Positions 13,001-21,345 of a DNA stretch of 28,476 nt are shown here, in pieces. Both the position numbers and the translations under genes were made by a program. The stretch lies in NCBI GenBank assembly GCA_002269645.1, contig NIVC01004101.1, positions 1 through 28,476 of the forward strand. Direction: 5' to 3'. Below the pieces are notes generated by a model, which saw only the letters and a program-made list of their open reading frames with translations, ran no database searches and was not told the DNA's origin. This DNA comes from Macrostomum lignano (taxonomy: Eukaryota). The stretch's first letter is position 1, and each line of letters opens with the position of its first letter.

Positions 13001-15392
13001 CAGTCCGAACATGGTGTTGAGCAGAGTGGACTTGCCTGAGCTCTGCAGTCCGAGTACGGAGACCGCCAAAATATTCTTCTGTCCCACAAGCTGCTTACAG
13101 TGAGTGAGCACAGAGGTCACCCAGGTGAGAGGAATGTTGCTAGCATCGCCGTCCAGAATCTCCAAGGGAATTCCCCAGAGCAGAAGGCGCGCAAAAACTT
13201 CTGGAAGAACTTCTGATTCACAACCAAAAGTTTTGTTGGTATCGTTCAGAGAACATGTGGCTTCAAAAAACTGACCGACTTCTCTGAAGACATTTTCCAT
13301 GCCAATGGACATTTCGAGAATTGTTTTCTCAACTTGCCTGAGTGAATAATCAAATTTCTTTTGTAACTCGGTGCTAGTGCACTTCTCTACATCCTCAGCA
13401 TCTGAAACGGTATCCTTCTGTTGAAAAATACTCTGCAGTTGAGTGCGGATATCTTTGCGATTCCTGTGAAGGTCTGGAAGCTTCTTCCTGGAGATTTCAT
13501 CAAATAACAGCTTTTCCCATTGGATGAGAAGCTGTACAGGCAGGCCGCCTTCCGATTTAAACAGCTGTTCGTTAACTGCTGCACAAAGTCTTTCATGAAA
13601 GCACTCAAATTTCTGCACCTTGCGATTTGGGTTGTCCTTTTCTCAGCTTTCTGTCTTTGGATTTCTTGAAGATCTTTTTTCTCGGCTTTGGAAGAGTTCT
13701 CTTTCTTGTGAAGCTGGCTGTACTCCATCCAGATTGCTTGGAGGGGAAGATGCTTTGTCTTGAATTCGTGCATCTCGGAATCGCTGCAGTTCATGTGCTC
13801 AATTACCTTAAACGCAGATGTCCTTGACTCTGCAAGAACATGGTTGCATTCGTCTGTTTCAAAGGAGGCATTTTGATTTAATGCAGTCAGTTTCAGGCCC
13901 TCGGTTTCAGCTAGAAGACTTTCTAGTTTCTTTGAGATCTCACTGAGCAACTGTGTCTCGTTCTTAGACTTCATTCCTCGAAACGCCCAAATTATTTCCT
14001 TAGGCAGCGATTTAAAGTCGATCTCCTCTGCCTTAACCAATCTATCTTCTTTTTTAAACACAATGAGCAGCACCTGTCGATGCCTCAATATATTAATGGC
14101 TTGTAGAACTTCAGAGCTCTCCAGTGCTTTGATTTCGACCATCAGAACAACAATATCTGCCACCTGCGCAACAGCCTGGAACTCCTTGCTATGCTCAAGC
14201 AGATCGCCTCGAAGATTTGCCAGCACAAAGGCTTTGCTGAATGTGCTCGATGGGCCTTCCGACGGCAGGAAAACTGTGGCCTCTACCAACCCGTTTGTGC
14301 ATTGTCGTCTGACGTCTCCGTTGTTGCAGTCGTGGTGGAAAAACGTATCCAAACTGCTCTTGAACAAAAGGCTGTTCAGCAGCTTCGACTTGGAGGTGCC
14401 GATCTCTCCAATTCGAGCAAAGCAGACGACGGGAAAAGGGTGCTCGGAGACCAGACTCGTTTCCAGATACCGACCCTGACAGTCTCGGTATTCAACTACG
14501 ATGTCTCTGAGGTTCCACTGACTCAGAGTGAGTTGACCCTCACGGTCACTGTATATGAATGGAAATGCGAGCTTGCAGGTGAACAGAGCTTTGCACAGGA
14601 TCTGCTGCACCTCAGGATCGCAGCAGAGAAAGCACGCCTGAAGAACGTCCATCGGATTAAGCGAATCTGGACTTTCGAAATCACAGAAAGGGTCTTCAGC
14701 TTCTGGCTCCGTGTCTTTCTTAGCAATTGATTGTCTCTTGCAGTCCTATCGTAAGCAAGAAGACCTCTGAGAACAGTCCAACCCAGCCGATCGATTTCTG
14801 TTTTTTTAGGCTCCTGAAAACTGTCACTGTAGAGTCGCACAACGTCTGAGAATGAAAATTTCTGTTTGATACTTTTCAGCTGCAGCAACTCTATCACTTT
14901 AAGAATCGCTGTTGGGGTATCACCATTGAAAGCACCACTGCTGTCTTCCTCGGTCATCTCATGACTGGCATCTTTGGCGACAGCCTCGCCCTTTCCCTCA
15001 GTCTCCTCATGACTGGAATCTTTGACGACATCCTCGCCCTTTCCCTCAGTCTCCTCATGACTCGAATCTTTGACGACATCCTCGCCCTTTCCCTCAGTCT
15101 CCTCATGACTCGAATCTTTGGCGACAGCCTCGCCCTTTTCTTCAGTCTTATTTTTACTACTTGCGTCTTTGGCCACATGTCGCTGCCTTCTTCTTGATTG
15201 CCTCGCTTTTACGTTGAAGCAACAGAAGCTTAAACTGATTTTTCTCGAAGCTTCCGCTGTCTCCATGAGCCCTAGAATGTAAATTAGTCAGTCAGTCATT
15301 ACAGTAGTATTAAAAAGACAAAAAAGAACAAGTTCAGGGAACTCACCTGCAGCCTCCTCGGTCTCGCCGTCTTGAATGAGACCCTCAGCCAT
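10044..15392 (-). CDS. GVIN1: Very large inducible GTPase (VLIG/GVIN1/URGCP family), about 1,758 aa. Coding exons 15347..15392 and 10044..15271; three apparent 1-bp deletions
   Basis: VLIG-type G domain: GLQSSGKSTLLNTMFGLKFAVSAGRCTRG (G1/G2), DTEGL (G3), FVHQNV, LWLGDPPMAP(V)NPGYS. N-terminal (NP)MDV...LFTCKLAFP region. C-terminal GCTAQCPFC...HRPQG...W.I.PD...FWMWF. Four ORF-track pieces join into one frame: 46+5228 nt plus 3 missing bases = 5277 = 1759 codons. Phase-1 intron 15272..15346 (gtgagt...ctag). The start codon (MAEGLIQ, 15392) is inferred. A further intron at 15464..15534 appears to be in the 5' UTR, because the upstream exon has a stop in the matching frame. Confidence 0.9.
14945..15185 (-). 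repeat. Coding tandem repeat, 48-bp/16-aa unit (GE[A/D]V[A/V]KDSSHEETEGK), four copies plus one degenerate copy
   Basis: Visible in the ORF 14523..15266 translation: GEAVAKDSSHEETEGK GEDVVKDSSHEETEGK GEDVVKDSSHEETEGK GEAVAKDASHEMTEED, preceded by VAKDASSKNKTEEK. Confidence 0.95.
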
Positions 15393-17172
15393 GCAGATTC
15401 CGGCTCCTGGAAGGCCAGACAGAGTTTCGCTGCGCTCTGCAGGCAACAACAGGCGATGAAATTCTGAAGAAGGGACGGAAAGCTTAGCAGAGGTCTATCG
15501 CATACGATGGATAAAGTATAAAATAGTTAGTTACCTTCACACAAAAACCTCTTTGGTGTCGATGGAGATCAAAATAAGTTTACTCGTAACTACTTCAAGC
15601 TCTCTCGGCTTGTAATTCTGGGCAGCAATCCTGAAACGAATATATACCAATGGATCGTGGATAAAACCACGGAAATGCCGCGGACTAGCCGATGCAAAAG
15701 GGAAGTTCCTTTTTGAAGCAACTCCAGGGTTGCAAGCAAGGGCTGTGCTTAGTCGGCTTTGATTTACATTTAGCTAAAAATACGTAGCATCGGAGCAATG
15801 CAGCCGCAATTTGATGGGTAGGTTGTACTCGTACATGATCGCGTACAGGGCGCTACGTGACTACCGCTGGATTGTTCTCGAAGAGGGGAGCAAGACATCA
15901 GCTACAGCAGAAAGACAATACAAGTACATTCTGAGCATTCTCTCTCCCCACAGTTGGTTCCTCCTAAAAGGAGAGCGGGCGACCGTACATCAGACAGGAA
16001 CTTTTAGCTAGTTCCCTTTTATCTTTTTTGTTTATTTTTTACCCCAGACAGTTTTCCTGCGCCTGAATAGAGGAGCTGAGACGCACCAAGTTGCCTTAAA
16101 TTTTACTTTGCACTTTTGAGCATGAGTAGCGCTTTTGCTACATTTTTGGTAAAAATAATTACGGGAGAAGCTCCTATAGCCAGCTCCTGTAGCTAGGAGA
16201 AGATGAAAAGAGAGGAGAAGGGAGATTTTGATAGCCAGTGATAAAAATTACTGCTTTTCGAAATCGGAATTCAGAATGAAAACAAAATGGACTTTTGAAC
16301 AATTCTGCCAACATGTGTCATTTAGCTATCATATCGAAGTCATAGCCGATTATATAGGACACTGCTGGGACTTGATGGCGTTGACTATTCACGGACAGAG
16401 AGTACTTGCAGCAGCGTGTTCCTTACAACCGCGAAATGTACTTTTATATTAATCCAATTTCGTAAATACTCGGACCACAGAGACTCGTTCGCAGTGACAA
16501 CAAATGGGGCCAATTTTTTCGTGCGATCACATGGCTTGTACATTTCGGGGTCGTACCTATAGAGCTGTCGTAGCGTAAGTTCGATCGTACGTCGGAACTT
16601 TTACACTGCGAAGATGAGAGCTAATATCGATCTTATCTTACGATGGCTCTATGGAACGGGCCCATCGTCTTTGTCGCTCTGTGAACCAGTTGTGTGATTT
16701 GATGGTTAATTCATTGGCGGTGTGAACTGTGAACAAGCCGTAAATGTGTTATCTGGCTAGGCCGCTAGAGCCTCAGAAGTCCATACACGATATTACAGGC
16801 ACATAAAGTTGGCCGCTTGCTGCCTAAGCCTGACCTGATGTGCTCACTGCATGCTCCGAATGACAGTTCGAGAGACTGCAGAACTGTTTCTACTCGAATT
16901 GGCAGGCCCCTGCCGAATAACTATGCTCCCTATTGGAACTTCCATAGCGAAAAATTATTACTCAAATGACAATAAACTTCCCCTTCTATCACTTTGTTTT
17001 TGTATTAAATCCATACAAGTCAGACTTGAACGATTATTTGAATTGCAGCAAACAAACTACTTTTAGTAGCAACCTGGACCACTTCCACCTCAATTTTGCG
17101 CAACCAGTTCAATTTGGTGTTAATCCTAATCCAGCTGCAGAAAATGGGTCTAGATCAAGAAAACAAAATCTT

Positions 17173-17273
17173 AAACTGAAGCTGAAGGTGGAAATCGGAT
17201 GCAGATGACAACTCAAACTGGAAGCTGAAGATGGAAATCGGATGCAGATAACAACTCAAACTGGAAGCTTGAA
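17173..17273 (+). repeat. Short tandem repeat, ~42-bp unit, about 2.4 copies
   Basis: AAACTG(G)AAGCTGAAG[G/A]TGGAAATCGGATGCAGAT[G/A]ACAACTC twice, followed by a partial AAACTGGAAGCTTGAAGG. Confidence 0.85.
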
Positions 17274-17563
17274 GGAACACAATTCCATTGCCTACGAGCT
17301 ACTACGATAGTTTGACTCAGCTTACAGATAAATAATTTCATAAATTTATCAAAAATTTATTGAACAGCACTATAATCTGGCGGTGAACTCGTATATTTAC
17401 AGGCCATCACTCGTATATGAGCACCTTTTCTGCACATTATTTCAGTACAAAATCTGCAGCATCAAAACAATGAAATGAAAGCCAAAAAATTGCAGTTTAA
17501 AACGCGGAATAAAATATTAATATTTATTATAGCAAAAAGTTCACCGAAAAAGCGTCCAAGTGT

Positions 17564-19630
17564 TCACAGGAGGCCGCTGTCCAGGTCGGAGCTGTCCCGG
17601 CTGGGAAGGAACTTGGCCGTCAGACTGACCAGGTGTCGCTGAATGGTGTCCCGATTTGCCTCGAGCGAGTGGACCGTGACCAGCTCGAATCCGGCGTCCA
17701 GCAGTCTCTGGTCTGCGCTCGACTGCTCCCACTGGATGAGGTAGCTGAACTGGAGGCTCCTGTCGCGCCGGTAGAGCTGAACCTCCTTCCTGCGAGCGAA
17801 CTCTCCGCCTGTCTCTGAACCCGAAGCCCCAGAGCTGGAGTGGTCGCGCTCGCGAGCCTTCACGGCGTGGGCAGCGTCGCGCAGGGCGCCGATGGTGGCA
17901 AGGATGCGCTTAGAGAGGCCCTTCGGGTGGCGACCCCAGTCGGGCGTCGGGGCGACGATTTCGTCGCTGCGCCGGTCCACTAGGGCAAAATGCACCAGGC
18001 CGATGTAGTTGGCGAGCACGCTGGACGAGGCCAGGTTTCTGCGCGCCTTTACGTCCAGAAATGGCAGGTAGTCCTGGAGGTCTTTTCTACAAGCCTGGGC
18101 AAGGTCCTGCACAGCCTGGCACACTGTGGCCGTCATCTTGAAGGGAAACTGCAGGAAGAGGTTCTCAAACACGCCTTTCATGACGGAAGACTTTAACTTA
18201 TGCAGCAAGTTCTCTACCGCATTCAGGTACAAGTCTACCGTGCGGAAATGCTCGCTCCCTGGAGCTGCCCGGCTCAGGTGATCGTTGACATCGCGCATTG
18301 CTCGTTCGCAGGCGGGCGCGAAGCTGGCAGCGACTCCTGGCGGCTCCCTCAACGTCCTGATCAGCTCGACGAGGAGTCGTCTAACCGAGTGCAGCTCGGC
18401 GCAGATGGCAGCCTGCATTGCTGCCAGGTCGTCAACGGGTTGGCTCACATGGCTCAGGGCTCGGTCCGCCGCTCGGTGCATTCGATCTACCAACCGGGCC
18501 ACGGAGCGCGGCTCCACAGCTTCTAGTGCCAAGAATACAACATTTCCCGTCATTGGTACGAAGTGAGCTTTGAATGGAGATAAAGTGGACGTGGTAGTGT
18601 TAAGGAACACAAGCATAGCTTTGGACTCTGATGGAGAGCTTTTGTTCAACTCAATCTGCTGCACCAGAGGATAGTGAGCATTGTGCTCCAACTCGATGCA
18701 ACTGCCAGATGAGGAAGTAGATTGCCGCTGAGATGTCCCAAATGCGCCATTTATTCGTTCGGGTGTCGTCGCCAGACCGGAACTCCGCGGACTGTGATTG
18801 GCAGAGAGGACGAACTCGTTGCACGAGTGGAAGGCAGAGGAAACATCGCTGTTGCTTGAACTGTTGGTCGGCTCAGCGCAACTGTTGAAGGTGGCTCCTT
18901 CTGGTTCCTTGTAGCGGCTCTCATCGTAGACGTCAAACTTTGGGAACAGAGCGGGCACCAGAGAGATTAGAGTGAGAAAGTCCTGGGCTACAAGCTTACT
19001 TGTTCTCTCGGTGGAGTACAGGCACAGCAGCTTGGTGCCGCAGACAATCAGCACGTGCTCCACACCGCTCAACTCTCGACGTCTTCGCTGGAAGCCGCGC
19101 TCAATCGACTCGATAGCCTTGGCCTTGATGCCGCCCTCCACCTTGACGCGCTCCACCGCAGAAAATGTGAACGCCAATTCGTGCGTAAACAGAGTCTTCC
19201 AGCCGGACACCATGCTGCCAACCAGGCTGAATGCGCCTTCTTTGTAATGCTTCAGTGTCTCAAAGTAAGGTCCCACCAGCGACCGCAGCTGCCGCTCCAC
19301 ATTGGCTAGCTGCTTGGCCGGCGGGCAGAATGTTTTTGAGCCGAATACACCGATCATGAGGAAGTCCTCGCACCGTCTGAATACAACTTCCTCACTGTTG
19401 GCCAGTACAACCCGGCGATAGGCGGACTGCTGTGTTCTCATCAAGTTGTAGGTGGTCAGTAAGGGCGAGAAGAGCTGCACAAGTACGTCCAGCGTCTGTC
19501 GGGACACGCCAGCTATCTCTCCAGCCTCGTTGGAGCCGCGATAAGCGGCCAGCAGGTTGGCCAAGTAGGCTTGATCCGCATGACAGAACACAATGTCATT
19601 CACCGAGTTGAACACAACCAGGATTTTCAT
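17564..19630 (-). CDS. HPS1: Hermansky-Pudlak syndrome 1 protein orthologue (BLOC-3 subunit, longin-domain Rab32/38 GEF component), 688 aa, CDS intronless
   Basis: The N-terminus MKILVVFNSVNDIVFCHAD resembles HPS1 longin-1 starts. LFSPLLTT matches LLAPVIIS. The C-terminal DYLPFLDVKARRN...GLVHFALVDRRSDEIVAP matches HPS1 DWKDFLLVKSRRN...GLVHFIYVDR..GQMVAP (comparison from memory). The start is set at 19630, not 19666, because a 49-nt GTAAG...CTAACAG intron (19632..19680) removes the first ATG of the track ORF. Confidence 0.85.
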   Translation of the reverse strand: MKILVVFNSVNDIVFCHADQAYLANLLAAYRGSNEAGEIAGVSRQTLDVLVQLFSPLLTTYNLMRTQQSAYRRVVLANSEEVVFRRCEDFLMIGVFGSKTFCPPAKQLANVERQLRSLVGPYFETLKHYKEGAFSLVGSMVSGWKTLFTHELAFTFSAVERVKVEGGIKAKAIESIERGFQRRRRELSGVEHVLIVCGTKLLCLYSTERTSKLVAQDFLTLISLVPALFPKFDVYDESRYKEPEGATFNSCAEPTNSSSNSDVSSAFHSCNEFVLSANHSPRSSGLATTPERINGAFGTSQRQSTSSSGSCIELEHNAHYPLVQQIELNKSSPSESKAMLVFLNTTTSTLSPFKAHFVPMTGNVVFLALEAVEPRSVARLVDRMHRAADRALSHVSQPVDDLAAMQAAICAELHSVRRLLVELIRTLREPPGVAASFAPACERAMRDVNDHLSRAAPGSEHFRTVDLYLNAVENLLHKLKSSVMKGVFENLFLQFPFKMTATVCQAVQDLAQACRKDLQDYLPFLDVKARRNLASSSVLANYIGLVHFALVDRRSDEIVAPTPDWGRHPKGLSKRILATIGALRDAAHAVKARERDHSSSGASGSETGGEFARRKEVQLYRRDRSLQFSYLIQWEQSSADQRLLDAGFELVTVHSLEANRDTIQRHLVSLTAKFLPSRDSSDLDSGLL

Positions 19631-19631
19631 G

Positions 19632-19680
19632 CTGTTAGACGTTTCTGCGCTCGCATATCTGTGCATGACTAGAGGCTTAC
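19632..19680 (-). other. 49-nt 5'-UTR intron of HPS1
   Basis: GTAAG donor and CTAACAG end (branch-like CTAAC plus AG), finishing 1 nt before the ATG that matches the homologous N-terminus. Confidence 0.6.
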
Positions 19681-21345
19681 TTTATAAAGGCTCCTTCTGT
19701 ACTGTCCTGGCGTACGGCTGCGTGCGCGGCCCAACTGCAGGCTGTGTGGGGCAGGAAACTCGCGTACACTCGCCTTTCCACCGGCATGACTAATGCGTAG
19801 CTATTTGTTTCACTTTGCTGCCAGGTGACCTTCCTATCATTTTTGACGCGCCCTACCGAGACTTTGAGTACGAAGTCTCTGCATGTACAGTTTTTAAAAA
19901 CTCCGGTGAATGTCTATGCGCACAAGTCCAACTGTGCGTTCTGGCTTGATTCGGCGTCGAGCTAGTTAGGGTAACCCGTTTTTAATTGAGAAAGATAGCG
20001 AAATCTGTTAATGAATTCGTACTTAGGCTTTGCAGTGAGAGCGGCAAAACTGCTCAAATCGTGACTCGCTTCACATTGCCTATGCGATAAGAGTAAAGAA
20101 ATGGGAAATGCATGCTTGCCCTTAATCTTTCTGAATGCAATGTGGGAAAACAGTGAGTCTATAGTTGCCATAATGTAAGGCTCTGTAAGAGATAAATTAC
20201 AAGATTATGGGGATGTGAGCATGGCAGGGCAGCGCCGTAAACTTTTTAATTTCCCAGCTTCGCTTTGTACACTTTAATTATTATGCACACTCTGTACTAT
20301 ACTAACGTGAGTTGAGTACAGAGCCGGTATATGTTGTGCTATACAAGCGCGAGCGCCCCCGCAATAAACCGTCAAATCGTGGGTTTGAGTTTCAAACAGC
20401 ATGCAGCTGACATTTTGGGTAGCGAATTTGGTGTCAGGTGCGCCTAATTGAAGTGTCAGACGTGTAGAAATTGCGTGTGTGTGTTGTCAAAGCAGTTCCG
20501 TACTTTTGACACTCCCAGCTGCGCCTAATTGCATGGCACATGCACAAAGCCATGATATGATGTGCTGATCGATCTGTGCTGATTGATCTGAGGAGTTGGA
20601 GAATATTTTTGGACCCAAAATCAAATAGCTGAGCTGTAAGGTGCCGCTAAGTTTAATATTTTGTCCGCTTCATACGAGCGTATTGCATAAATGGTTTGTG
20701 ACAGTTAAAGAAAAACACTGTTTCTAAAAAATCCGGATTTTTTGGTGAACTGAAGTCTATTTTAACTTTAATAAAATTATCCTTTTTAACTGTTACTTAG
20801 CAGTGGAAAACTTAAATGGAAATGTTAGTGTGTTTTGGTTGGTACAGTTAAGGACAATTCTTGATTTGTATTTGCTTCCGCGGAAATCGTTTTTATACAA
20901 CAAATACCCAGCCTCCGTCAAATGGACCCTTGGACGGTGCTCCCTGTACCATGTATCTCCCGATCTTACTTGTCATGAAACTACTTTAAGTAGCACAAAC
21001 CGATTAGTCAGTAATCATTTCATTCGACTTTATTTGTGCCCTGAAATACGAAGTAAAACGTTCAAAAATAGCCTCTACATGCTGCAGTAAAATGCTATCA
21101 TTATTAACTTTACCTAACGGAAAATTACAGAAAGCATCTGTTGTATAGTTTGTTTTGTTTCATCCAATATTTGAATAATATTTTTAAATGCCGACCGAAT
21201 CTACGTTATTTTTTTACGGCCACGCCTCACTTTTTATATAGACCATAGTAAATAGTAGAATTTCATTCTGTTTATAGATACAAAGAATAACTACAACTAT
21301 CATCGTTTTCTGTGTTTTTTTAAGTACTTCGCACTCAAAGACATA

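Noticed and set aside
10044-15392. Horizontal transfer of the VLIG gene, based on lower GC3 and a giant exon
   Set aside because: The gene has host-type short introns at its 5' end, HPS1 also has moderate codon bias, and single-exon bodies are typical of the family. There is no positive evidence without a phylogeny.
6900-16800. tRNA, snoRNA or spliced-leader RNA genes in the intergenic regions
   Set aside because: No cloverleaf with A/B boxes, no convincing C/D box pair and no SL-plus-Sm-site arrangement could be recognised by eye. A tRNAscan-SE or Infernal run would be decisive.
19631-19666. First 12 codons (MHRYASAETSNS) of the 700-aa ORF as the HPS1 N-terminus
   Set aside because: They fall inside a likely 49-nt GTAAG...CTAACAG intron, and homology starts at MKILVVF.
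21248-21345. Strong T-rich acceptor (AG at 21323-24) 21 nt before the PITP ATG as a spliced-leader trans-splice site
   Set aside because: A cis donor-like GTAAAT at 21248 gives an ordinary 77-nt 5'-UTR intron, so trans-splicing is not needed. Only 5'-end cDNA data could separate the two.
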